A stretch of DNA of 64,000 bases from Candidatus Tabaqchalia intestinavium (GTDB lineage: Bacteria > Bacillota > Clostridia > Oscillospirales > CAJFTT01), in the NCBI GenBank assembly GCA_904420005.1, contig CAJFTT010000044.1, positions 41,766-105,765 on the forward strand, in the 5' to 3' direction. How positions within the stretch are numbered: the first letter of the stretch is position 1; each line of letters starts with the position of its first letter. Made by a program: the position numbers and the translations under genes. The notes under the pieces are model-generated. The model did no database searches. It was not told where the DNA came from and saw only the letters and a list, made by a program, of their open reading frames with translations. Shown here piece after piece: positions 1 through 9,652 of the stretch.

Positions 1-1257
1 TTCTTCATGGGGGCTGTCATCACGATCGCCGAGCCGGACCTGCAGGTGCTGGCCAACCAGGTGGCCTCCATCCCCAATCAGGTGCTCATCTGGACGGTGG
101 CGGTCGGCGTGGGCCTGTTCCTCGTCGTGGCGGTTCTGCGGATCCTGTTCCATATCAGCCTGTCGAAAATGCTGCTGGTATTTTATATCCTGCTGTTCGT
201 GCTGTCCTTCTTCTCGCCGGATTCGTTCACTGCGGTGGCGTTCGACTCCGGCGGCGTCACGACCGGGCCGATGACGGTCCCGTTCATCATGGCGATAGGC
301 GTCGGCCTGTCGGCCGCCCGCAGCGACCGCGAGGGCGCCGACGACAGTTTCGGCCTCGTCGCGCTGTGCAGCGTGGGGCCCGTCATGATGGTCCTGCTGC
401 TGGGCATCTTCTATAATCCCAGCGACGCGGCCTATACCGCGGCCGAAATCCCCACGATCGCCACCACCACCGACGTGGCCCGGCAGTTTGTCTCGGCCCT
501 CCCCCAATACGGCAAGGAGGTGCTCATCAGCATCCTGCCCGTCGCCGGCGTGTTTGTGCTGTTTCAGCTGTTCACCCGCAGCTACCACAAGCGGCAGGTG
601 CTGCGTATGGTGGTGGGCTTTGTCTATACCATCCTGGGGCTGATCCTGTTCCTCACCGGGGTCAACGTCGGCTTCTCCCCGATCGGCAGCCTGCTGGGCA
701 GCGGCCTGGCGGACGGCATGCTCAAGTGGCTGCTCATCCCCATCGGCATCATCATCGGCTATTACATCGTCAAGGCGGAGCCTGCGGTGCAGGTCCTCAA
801 CAAGCAGGTCGAGGACCTGACCGGCGGCACCATTTCCCGGAAAATGATGAACTCGGCGCTTTCCGCCGGCGTGGCCTGCGCGGTGGCGCTCGCCATGGTT
901 CGGGTCTTGACAGGAATCAATATTTATTGGATTATTATACCGGGCTATGCGATCGCGCTGGTGCTCAGCCGGTTCGTCCCTTCGGTATTCGTGGGCATCG
1001 CCTTTGACTCCGGCGGCGTGGCCAGCGGCCCGATGGCTTCGACCTTCCTGCTGCCGCTGGCGATGGGCGCCTGCGCGGCGGTCGGCGGGAACGTCGTCAC
1101 CGACGCGTTCGGCGTGGTCGCCCTGGTGGCGATGGCGCCGCTGATCGCCATCCAGGTCATGGGCCTGATCTATAAGCACAAATCCAAGTCCGTGGCCCAG
1201 ACCCCGCAGGCGCTGCCGGAGGAAACTGTCGTTGATATTGAGGAGGATTTTGAATGA
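1..1257 (+). CDS. DUF1538-family polytopic membrane protein (5' end probably outside the window)
   Basis: Frame is open from base 1 with no stop before 1257. The translation is very hydrophobic and multi-TM. It has an internal duplication (AFDSGGVTTGPMTVPF in the first half, AFDSGGVASGPMASTF in the second), the two-repeat layout I associate with DUF1538. Confidence 0.7.
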   Translation, partial: FFMGAVITIAEPDLQVLANQVASIPNQVLIWTVAVGVGLFLVVAVLRILFHISLSKMLLVFYILLFVLSFFSPDSFTAVAFDSGGVTTGPMTVPFIMAIGVGLSAARSDREGADDSFGLVALCSVGPVMMVLLLGIFYNPSDAAYTAAEIPTIATTTDVARQFVSALPQYGKEVLISILPVAGVFVLFQLFTRSYHKRQVLRMVVGFVYTILGLILFLTGVNVGFSPIGSLLGSGLADGMLKWLLIPIGIIIGYYIVKAEPAVQVLNKQVEDLTGGTISRKMMNSALSAGVACAVALAMVRVLTGINIYWIIIPGYAIALVLSRFVPSVFVGIAFDSGGVASGPMASTFLLPLAMGACAAVGGNVVTDAFGVVALVAMAPLIAIQVMGLIYKHKSKSVAQTPQALPEETVVDIEEDFE

Positions 1258-1973
1258 GCGTTCCACAGGAAGGAAAGCTCTCCGCGCCGCGGATGTTCAT
1301 CTTCGTCACGCGGGTGGAGGATGAAAAAAAACTGGAGGAAATTTTTGATTCCATGCATGTTCCCATCAGCTATCAATGCCGGGGCCAGGGCACCGCGCCG
1401 TCGGAATTCATGGACATTCTCGGGCTGGGGGGAACCACCCGGCTGATCACGATCGGCTTTCTGCCCAAGTTCGCGGTGACCGAGCTGTTCGAGAAAACAG
1501 GGAAGCAGTTCGCGTTCCATCAGAAGGGCGGGGGCATCGTCATCACCATCCCGATCACGGGCCTGCAAAGCCCGCTGTTTGACATGCTCAACGAGGAATC
1601 CCGCACCCTTGTGAAAAAACGAATCAAAGAAAGGACCGAAAGCGATATGGAGGAGATCCGGGAAAAGTCAGGCTACAACGTCATATGGGCGTCCGTCGCC
1701 GCCGGCTACAGCGACGACGTGATCGACACGGCGCGCGCGGCCGGCGCAAAGGGCGCGACCATTCTGCGCGGACGCCGGCGCAATTCCGAGCGCGTAAGCC
1801 ACCATTTCGGCATTTCCCTGCAGGAAGAACAGGATTTTGTCATGATCGTGGCGCCCCGGGCGAAGAAAAGCGAAATCATGGCGGCCATCTGCGGTAAGTG
1901 CGGCCTGCATACGCCCGCGCACGGCACCGTGTTCGCGCTGCCCATCGACGAGGCCATCGGCCTGGAGGAGTAA
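1254..1973 (+). CDS. P-II-like signal-transduction family protein (tandem P-II-sized halves), partner of the DUF1538 protein
   Basis: ATGA start/stop overlap with the upstream gene at 1254-1257. The 239-aa soluble protein forms two halves of about 110 aa. Pairing of DUF1538 with a P-II-like gene is family knowledge. Confidence 0.55.
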   Translation: MSVPQEGKLSAPRMFIFVTRVEDEKKLEEIFDSMHVPISYQCRGQGTAPSEFMDILGLGGTTRLITIGFLPKFAVTELFEKTGKQFAFHQKGGGIVITIPITGLQSPLFDMLNEESRTLVKKRIKERTESDMEEIREKSGYNVIWASVAAGYSDDVIDTARAAGAKGATILRGRRRNSERVSHHFGISLQEEQDFVMIVAPRAKKSEIMAAICGKCGLHTPAHGTVFALPIDEAIGLEE

Positions 1974-2012
1974 AACGCGTCGCCCCGATCGGCGCACGCT
2001 TTTTCGCGGGTC

Positions 2013-2053
2013 GCCGCGGACCCCGCTGGGGGTCCGCGGCGGCCCGTTTTGTT
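2013..2053 (+). terminator. Rho-independent terminator after the P-II-like gene
   Basis: Perfect 12-bp stem GCCGCGGACCCC / GGGGTCCGCGGC with loop GCTG, then GGCCCGTTTTGTT. Confidence 0.7.
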
Positions 2054-2605
2054 ACCGTTGCCGGCCGGTTTGCCCACGAGGAAGGCGGCGCGGCGCGCCG
2101 CGGGGCCCGGCGGCCCGCCTGCCCCGTTGCAGACGGTCCGATCCTGATGATAGAAATGCATGTTGCCATTTTTTATGTAAGTCCAGCAGCATGGCAGGAA
2201 AGGGGCGCACGCCGCGCGCAGAGAAGCCTTCAGCCCGCCCGCGCCCGCTGTGTGCGCCCGGCCTGCGCAGCAGGACGATCCCACGGGGATCCCTGCGCCG
2301 CCGACACCGCAGGGAATCCGGGACCTGGCTTGAGCAAACGCCCCGCGCAGCGGTGCGCCGCCCGCACCCGCAGGCAGACCGGGGCGCGGCGCCGGCTGGC
2401 CGGCCCTTTCTGCGGGCCGCGCGTTCGACCACGCTTCGCAAAATCGCGCGTCAAAAGCCGGGCGCGCAACCGCAGAACCAAACATTTTGTTGTCTGCGCC
2501 GCACCTGAATCAAATAAAGCCGGCGTTCGCGGCAATAATAAATCCAGCGCAAAAATTGCCGTTGCCGGCCCGCAATGCCGGCAATAAAACAGGGGGCGGT
2601 GGCTT

Positions 2606-3286
<681 letters not shown>

Positions 3287-3353
3287 GCGCCGGCTGGTGG
3301 GGAAAATTGGAATACTCCGATCCTTTCGAAGAAGGATTCGCGATGCGCGCCGT

Positions 3354-3384
3354 GCCGGTGGGAAACGTCCCACCGGCTTTTTTG
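3354..3384 (+). terminator. Rho-independent terminator after the ABC ATPase gene
   Basis: Stem GCCGGTGGGA / TCCCACCGGC with loop AACG, followed by TTTTTTG. Confidence 0.75.
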
Positions 3385-3437
3385 TCTCCGCCCCGCGTGG
3401 GGCGCTGCTTTTTGCCGCGGTGCGCCTTTGGTCCGGG

Positions 3438-3466
3438 TCGACAGCGCGCGGGAAATATGGTATACT
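3438..3466 (+). promoter_or_regulatory. Sigma-70-type promoter candidate for the FAD-protein gene
   Basis: TCGACA, 17-nt spacer, TATACT with TGG just upstream of the -10. It lies about 200 nt upstream of the ATG at 3670. Confidence 0.5.
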
Positions 3467-3669
3467 CAAATTCACAGGGAAGATATCGGTTTGCATAGCG
3501 GCGAAGCCGGCGGAAATGCGTTTCGGCCTTGCCGGCCGCCCCCCCGGCGAGCAGCCCGGCCAAAGGGCGCGCCGGCCGACCCCAGCGCGGGGACGGCCCG
3601 CAGGGAAGGCAGGCGCGCTGCTGGCGCTTGCCCTGGGGCCGACACGAAAGGGAAGAAGGAGGCAGCGGC

Positions 3670-5055
3670 ATGGAGCGAGCGGACAACATAGACGTCGCGA
3701 TCGTCGGCGGCGGCGCGGCGGGCCTCGCGGCGGCGGTGCATCTTGCCCGCCTGGCGCCGGCGCTGCGGGTGGCGGTGCTGGAGAAGGCCGACCGCTGCGG
3801 CAGGAAGCTGCTGACGACGGGCAGCGGTACATGTAATATTTCCAATCTCGCGGCCGCCCCGCGGCACTATCACGGCGCGGCCCCCGCTTTCGTGGCGCCG
3901 GCGCTGGCGCTGCATCCACCGCGGGCCGCCATGGACTTTTTCTCCTCCATCGGCCTGCCCTGCGCTCCGCGCGCGGATGGGCGGGTGTATCCCGTTTGCC
4001 TGAGCGCGGCCGCCACGCTCGATTGCCTGCGCCTTTCGCTCGCGGAGGCGGGCGTCGCGGAGCGCTGCGGTTGTGCGGTGACGGGCCTCACCCGGGAGAA
4101 GGATGGATTCCTGCTTTCGACGGCGCAGGGGCCGGTGCGCGCGCGGGCCGTGCTGGTCACAGCCGGCGGCGCGGCGTCTCCAGCCGTGGGCGGATGCCTC
4201 GATGGCTATACCTTGCTCGCCGCGGCGGGACACAGCCGAACGCCGCTGTTTCCCTCCCTCGTGCAGCTGAAAACGGAGACGACTTTCCTGCGGGCAGCGC
4301 AAGGGGTGCGGCTGGACGTCGGCTTGGCGCTCCAGCTGGATGGACGAACGGTCGCCGCGGGCGAGGGCGAGCTGCTCTTCACCGAATACGGCCTGTCGGG
4401 CCCTGTCGCGCTGCAGGTGTCCCGCGCGGCGGCGGACTGGGAGCGCCGCAAGAAAGGGAAACTCGAGGCTGTTATCCGGTTATTGCCCAGTTTCCCGGCG
4501 GCGTCGCTCGAGCCGTTGCTCGCCGCGCGGCGGGCAGCGCTGGGCAGTCGGGCGCTGGAGGATTTTCTCACCGGCCTGCTGCAGCGCCGGCTGGGCCAGA
4601 CCGTGCTGCGCGCCTGCGGCTTGACGCCGCTGACGCGCCGGGCGCATACGCTGACCGACGGAGAGCTGCGCATGTTGTCCGACGCGCTGGCCGGCTGGCG
4701 TATTCCCGTGCTGGGCACCACCGGGTTCGCGCAAGCGCAGGTCACGGCCGGCGGCGTGCCGACGGCGGAGTTTGACCCCGGCAGCTTGCAGTCGCGTCTG
4801 CTTCCTGGGCTTTATGCCGCGGGCGAGGTGCTGGACATCGACGGAGACTGCGGCGGCTTCAATCTGCAATGGGCCTGGTCGTCAGCCTATACAGCCGCGC
4901 GGGCCATCGCCGCCGCGCTCACGGGAGCGCCCGCGGGCCGCGCGCCCGCCAGCCCCACGCGCGCACCGGCTGCCGGCGGGCCCAAACCGCGCGGCCAGCA
5001 GCGGCGGCAGAGCGGCCGGCAGGGAAACGCGGGCGGGGCGCGGCGGAGGTCGTGA
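3670..5055 (+). CDS. HI0933/BaiN-like (aminoacetone-oxidase family) FAD-binding oxidoreductase
   Basis: Start taken at MERADNIDVAIVGGGAAGLAAA (GxGxxG) with a GGAGG-like site upstream. C-terminal GEVLDIDGDCGGFNLQWAWSS is typical of the family. The last ~45 aa are a Pro/Arg/Gly-rich tail running into repeat DNA. The track ORF start at 3529 looks like a spurious extension. Confidence 0.8.
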   Translation: MERADNIDVAIVGGGAAGLAAAVHLARLAPALRVAVLEKADRCGRKLLTTGSGTCNISNLAAAPRHYHGAAPAFVAPALALHPPRAAMDFFSSIGLPCAPRADGRVYPVCLSAAATLDCLRLSLAEAGVAERCGCAVTGLTREKDGFLLSTAQGPVRARAVLVTAGGAASPAVGGCLDGYTLLAAAGHSRTPLFPSLVQLKTETTFLRAAQGVRLDVGLALQLDGRTVAAGEGELLFTEYGLSGPVALQVSRAAADWERRKKGKLEAVIRLLPSFPAASLEPLLAARRAALGSRALEDFLTGLLQRRLGQTVLRACGLTPLTRRAHTLTDGELRMLSDALAGWRIPVLGTTGFAQAQVTAGGVPTAEFDPGSLQSRLLPGLYAAGEVLDIDGDCGGFNLQWAWSSAYTAARAIAAALTGAPAGRAPASPTRAPAAGGPKPRGQQRRQSGRQGNAGGARRRS

Positions 5056-5505
5056 CGTTTCGCACAGGCGTTTGACGTGAAACAGGGCGCATGCACAGGC
5101 GAGGCTGCCGACACCGGCGGGACCGCTTTCCTGGACAGAGGAGGCTTCAAGCGATCGGCTGATCGACAACGCGATCTATAGCCGTCCTCCCGCGCGGATG
5201 GAGGCGCCCGCGCTTGCCCGTATCCAATATCCTCGCATGCGTCCTCCTGCACGGGTGGAGCCGCTTCCCCGTTGTGTTTTTTCTGTAATGCGGTATGGCC
5301 GTCGCGAATTCGCGCGCCTGCCGCCTGTTTCATTTTATCGGGATTTCTCCCTTCTCCGGGCCGCTTTCCTCGAGGAAGCAAGCACCCCGTCCGCTCGTGA
5401 ACGCTTTCGTGACACGACGGGCCACGCTGCAGATCCTTTTGCGTAATGGGCGTGCCAGCGGGTTCTGGCCGGCGCCTTTTTCGCAGCTGCTGTTTGCTGA
5501 CAGAG

Positions 5506-5546
5506 ATCGAAAACTCCCGCTTGCATCCTTTAGATGCAAGCGGGAG
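5506..5546 (-). terminator. Orphan intrinsic terminator-like hairpin (minus-strand sense)
   Basis: Perfect 14-bp stem CTCCCGCTTGCATC / GATGCAAGCGGGAG at 5514-5546. On the minus strand it is followed by TTTTCG. No annotated minus-strand gene lies upstream of it. Confidence 0.45.
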
Positions 5547-5631
5547 TGGAAAGCAGATCCATTTGATCGTGAAATTATGAAACGCTACCCTCGGTGAACA
5601 AGGGGCAACGCGCCCGGCGGTGGCTGGAACA

Positions 5632-5790
5632 GGCGCGCCCGCGCACTCGGCAGACACCTCGTTTTGTGAAAAAACCGGAAGGACTCATTCTGGCGCGCCC
5701 GCACACTCGGCGGGCATCGGCACGCCGTCCGGCTGCGGCCTTGTCCGTGCCCCTTCCCTTCCACCGCTGGGGCCATAGAGTTTTTCGGGA
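5632..5790. repeat. Degenerate CRISPR-like units, period about 60 nt
   Basis: GGCGCGCCCGCGCACTCGGCAGAC at 5632 and GGCGCGCCCGCACACTCGGCGGGC at 5692 match at about 21/24. A weaker unit CCCTTCCCTTCCACCGCTGGGGCCATAGAG lies near 5750. Further decayed units run across 5120-5900. Confidence 0.35.
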
Positions 5791-6014
5791 GGAAACCGGG
5801 CGCAGGCCCTGCTGACGAGGAGCCCGGGCGCTCGCCCGCGAGAGAAAAAACGCGGCCGGGCGTCTGCTTGCCCCCGAAAAACCGTGGTTCCCTTGCGTCC
5901 GCCGAGGGTATGAAATTCCGATACCATAAGAAAAGCGCGGTGATGCGGTTCATACGTCCGCACGATCGTTAAAAGTTTTTTACCTGCGGAGAAATGAAAA
6001 TTCCGGTCGGTTGC

Positions 6015-6059
6015 GACAAAAACAGTCTGATTTTATGAATAAAATCAGACTGTTTTTGT
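6015..6059. terminator. Near-perfect long palindrome, bidirectional terminator-like
   Basis: ACAAAAACAGTCTGATTTTA tga ATAAAATCAGACTGTTTTTGT, with T-runs after the stem on both strands. It sits at the left edge of a low-GC islet. Confidence 0.55.
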
Positions 6060-6081
6060 TTGTAAAATGATTTTTACATAA

Positions 6082-6110
6082 TTGACAAATTTGATCGCGC
6101 GGCTTATACT
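6082..6110 (+). promoter_or_regulatory. Consensus sigma-70 promoter for the 6195 gene
   Basis: TTGACA (6082-6087), 17-nt spacer, TATACT (6105-6110). Confidence 0.65.
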
Positions 6111-6194
6111 GTGTTTGTACAGGCGTGTGCCTGCGCCGATTATCAGAAAGGAATCGTGGAATAACCGAAAGACAAGGAAGGGAGAAAAATCGCT

Positions 6195-6935
6195 ATGAGA
6201 GACCGATATCCGTTTGAAACGAAGTTGCCCAAGACATTGCTTTTGCGGAAGACTGCCCATTTCCACCTATACTATTACCCGGCCTCCACGGCAGAAAAAG
6301 AAATCGAGTCTATCGCGGCGCAGCGGGAAAAGGCCTACGCCGATATTGCAGATTTTCTAAACACTACGGCCTCCATTCCAATCGACCTGTATTTGTTTCC
6401 GGACGCGGAAACGAAGGAGCAGGAAACGCATCATCGCGGCGCAGGATGGGCGTTTGATACCGTTATGGTGGAGATTTACAGCGAAACCGTGAAGTGCCAC
6501 CCCTATCATGAATTGGTTCATGTTTTTGCCGACCTGCTTTACGGAACGACTGTTTCCTGTTTCAGCGAAGGGCTGGCTGTTTTTGTCAGCGAACACGCGT
6601 ACGACCGGGATTTTGGGGACTCCGTCAATTATAATACGGATGAAAAAGTAAAAGAATTTTATAAGGAGGGACGATTGTTCTCCTTAAAAGACCTGTTCTC
6701 CCTGCAGATTGGGGAGAGCAGTTCGATCCCGCCGATCAGCTACCCCCAAGCAGCGTCGCTGATCGGGTACTTATACGAGACTTTAGGCAAAGCTGCATTT
6801 TTTGCCCTGTATCGGGATTTGCAGGATGTATATAGCGCGGAGGGAGCCGCGCAAAACATAGCCACGTTCGAGTCGCATCTGGGAGCGTCGATCGAGCAGG
6901 TCAATCGGGACTGGCTGGCCTCTATATCCGGTTGA
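6195..6935 (+). CDS. Peptidase_MA-like (gluzincin HExxH...E) hypothetical protein in a low-GC islet
   Basis: HELVH followed about 18 aa later by SEGLAVF, the HExxH plus downstream Glu of MA-clan metallopeptidases. No signal peptide. The gene is visibly much less GC-rich than its neighbours. Confidence 0.6.
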   Translation: MRDRYPFETKLPKTLLLRKTAHFHLYYYPASTAEKEIESIAAQREKAYADIADFLNTTASIPIDLYLFPDAETKEQETHHRGAGWAFDTVMVEIYSETVKCHPYHELVHVFADLLYGTTVSCFSEGLAVFVSEHAYDRDFGDSVNYNTDEKVKEFYKEGRLFSLKDLFSLQIGESSSIPPISYPQAASLIGYLYETLGKAAFFALYRDLQDVYSAEGAAQNIATFESHLGASIEQVNRDWLASISG

Positions 6936-7068
6936 GAAAAAGGGATGCAAGCGGCGAAAGACAGCAACGAGGAACAGCTCCGCCGGAACGGTTTATACCA
7001 CGTGATCCCATGCGAGCGTGCAAGGCGCTTGCGAGAAATATACGGTTAGGCTTTTCTGCCTTCCTACG

Positions 7069-7102
7069 CCGGCGCAAAATGGACTTGCGCCGGTTTGCTT
7101 TT
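7069..7102 (+). terminator. Rho-independent terminator after the 6195-6935 gene
   Basis: Stem CCGGCGCAA / TTGCGCCGG with loop AATGGAC, followed by TTTGCTTTT. Confidence 0.6.
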
Positions 7103-7291
7103 ACCCTCGGCAGGAAAAGGGCCGGCCGCCGGCGGCCTTGGCAGACCCGCCCTGTCGCGCTGGCTCGGCCAGTGGCGGGGCAACTGCCTTGCCTGCAAGC
7201 CGGCCACAGCGGAGGTTCCGGCCGCCGCTGGGCGCGTTGCTTCTGTCCGCCGCCGGCGCTGCTTTGCCTGCCGAGAGGCGCGGTACGGATC

Positions 7292-8887
7292 TTATCCCTG
7301 CCGCGCCGCGAGCACCCATTCCGCGCAGCGCATGCCGTCCACCGCGGCGGAAACGATGCCGCCGGCGTAGCCCGCGCCCTCGCCGCAGGGGTAGAGCCCC
7401 GCGACGGAGGACTGGCCCGCCGCGTCGCGCAGGATGCGCACAGGGGAGGAGCTGCGCGATTCCACGCCGGTGAGCACGGCGTCCGGCCGGTCGAAGCCGC
7501 GCAGCCGCCGGCCCAGCAGCGGCAGGGCCGCCCGCAGGGCGGCCGCCACCGCGGCGGGCAGGCACTCCTGCAGGTTGCACAGCGTCACGCCCGGCCGGTA
7601 AGACGGCGCGACGCTCCCCAGCCCTGTGGAGGCGACCCCCTGCAGGAAATCGCCCACCAGCTGCGCCGGCGCGCGATAACCGCCACCGCCGAGGCGGAAG
7701 GCCGCGCGCTCCATGTCCCGCTGCAGCTCCACGCCCGCGAGCGGATGCGCCGAAGGGAAATCCGCCGGCCCCACGCCCGCGAGCAGCGCGCTGTTGGAGT
7801 TTTCCGCGTCGCGCGCGAATTCGCTCATGCCGTTGACCGCGACGCCGCCCGGTTCGGATGCGGCCGCCATGACCACGCCGCCCGGACACATGCAGAACGT
7901 GTAGACCCCGCGCCCGCCCGCCGGCGTGCAGGACAGGCGGTAATCCGCCGCCCCGAGCGCCGGATGTCCGGCCGCCGCGCCGTACTGGCTCCGGTCGATC
8001 ATGGCGCGCGGATGCTCGATGCGCACACCCACGGCGAAGGGCTTCTGCTCCATCTGCACGCCGCGCCGATGCAGCATGGCGAACGTATCGCGCGCGCTGT
8101 GGCCGATGGCGAAAACCGCCTGCGTACAGGCGAGCGTTTCCCCATTCTGCAGGCGCAGCGCGGCCAGCCGTCCCTGCTCGAGCGCAATATCATCCACACG
8201 GCAGCCGAAGCGGATCTGCGTTCCCAAGGAAAGCAACTCTTGCCGGATGGCGCGCAGCATGACGCGCAGCCGATCGGTGCCGGCGTGCGGCCGCGCCTGC
8301 CAGAGCAGATCCTCGGCGTCGCCCTTCTCCGCGAGCGTCGCGAGCACGAAGCGGCAGCGGGGATCGTGGATACCCGTGTTGAGCTTGCCGTCGGAGAATG
8401 TCCCCGCGCCTCCTTCGCCGAACTGCACATTGGATTCCGGATCCAGCACGCCTTCCGCGCGCAGCCGCGCGACCGCAGCCGTGCGCGTGTCCACGTCCTG
8501 CCCCCGCTCGAGCAGCAGGGGCGGGCGGCCCGCCCGCGCGAGCACCAGCGCGGCGAACAGGCCGGCGGGGCCGCTGCCCACGATGACGGGCCGGCCGCCT
8601 GCGTCCCGGGACGCGGCGGAGATTGCGTAGGGCGCGTCTGTGACGAGCCGGACCTGCGGAGAGGCGCAGCGCTGCACGGCCGCGGCTTCCCCGCGGGAAA
8701 GCGCCACCGCCGCTGTGGCTGTGAAGGCAACCCGCCCATGCCGCGCGTCCACCGCCCGACGGACAAGGCGGCAGCGCTGCAGCGCGCCGGGAGCAACGCC
8801 CAGCGCCCGCGCCGCCGCGCGCCGCAGATCCTCCTCGGTATAGGAGAGCGGCAGTTGCAGTCCGGAAACATGAATCATGGGATGCAT
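7292..8887 (-). CDS. FAD-dependent protein (COG2509-type NAD(P)/FAD-dependent oxidoreductase)
   Basis: 531 aa. Contains VIVGSGPAGLFAALVLARAG (GxGxxG) and FGEGGAGTFSDGKL, typical of this family. GGAG-like RBS upstream. Confidence 0.8.
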   Translation of the reverse strand: MHPMIHVSGLQLPLSYTEEDLRRAAARALGVAPGALQRCRLVRRAVDARHGRVAFTATAAVALSRGEAAAVQRCASPQVRLVTDAPYAISAASRDAGGRPVIVGSGPAGLFAALVLARAGRPPLLLERGQDVDTRTAAVARLRAEGVLDPESNVQFGEGGAGTFSDGKLNTGIHDPRCRFVLATLAEKGDAEDLLWQARPHAGTDRLRVMLRAIRQELLSLGTQIRFGCRVDDIALEQGRLAALRLQNGETLACTQAVFAIGHSARDTFAMLHRRGVQMEQKPFAVGVRIEHPRAMIDRSQYGAAAGHPALGAADYRLSCTPAGGRGVYTFCMCPGGVVMAAASEPGGVAVNGMSEFARDAENSNSALLAGVGPADFPSAHPLAGVELQRDMERAAFRLGGGGYRAPAQLVGDFLQGVASTGLGSVAPSYRPGVTLCNLQECLPAAVAAALRAALPLLGRRLRGFDRPDAVLTGVESRSSSPVRILRDAAGQSSVAGLYPCGEGAGYAGGIVSAAVDGMRCAEWVLAARQG

Positions 8888-9652
8888 CTCCTCCTGTCAG
8901 GCACCTTGGCGGATCCTCGCCGCGGCGCTGGTATCTCAATAATGGCAAGAGCGGGCACTTCTCCCCCACGCGGCGACATGGCCGATCCGCGCCACTTTCA
9001 GCCAGGACGGAAATTGCGCGTAAGTTCCTGGGCGGCAGGAAGTTTCAGCCCGCTTTGCGGCATCTTTAGCGGACAAGGGCGTATTCCTCCATTGCGAGAT
9101 GCGCTCTACTGTGGCGGCGCAGGGGCAAAATTAGGGCGCGCTTCCTGCGCCTGCGTCGCCCATGACGGCCAGCTGCACGTTTCCCGCGGCACGGGGCGTT
9201 GCCCGAAGCGTTAGCCAAGAAGCAGATGCCGCCGCGGGGGGCTTTTCGCTGGGAGCGCTCTTCTGGGTGCAAAACCCATAGTGTACCGATTCTCAGCAGG
9301 AAACGCCAATTTCGGCTCGCCCAGCCCGTCCCCGGAGGAATCCAATTGCCTCCGCTTGGCGGAGATGGTGTCGGTGTTGTGCGCTTCCGATAGACCGAAT
9401 CAGTCGCATTCCGTCGCCGCTTTCAGTATAAGCTCCCGCCGCGCGGCTGGATCGCGCGGCCGCCTGCAAGCGGGCAGGCCCCGGCTTGTCTCTGCGCGCC
9501 CGCGGATCTGCGTTTGTCATACAGCGCCAGCAGCCAGCCCTATATGGTCTGCCGCCGCGCGCAGGCCCGAGAGGGGCGCAGCGCTTCCGGCGCGCCATCG
9601 CGCACTGCGGGGGAGGGAGGACGGAAGCGCCTGTGCATGCGCGTACATAACG

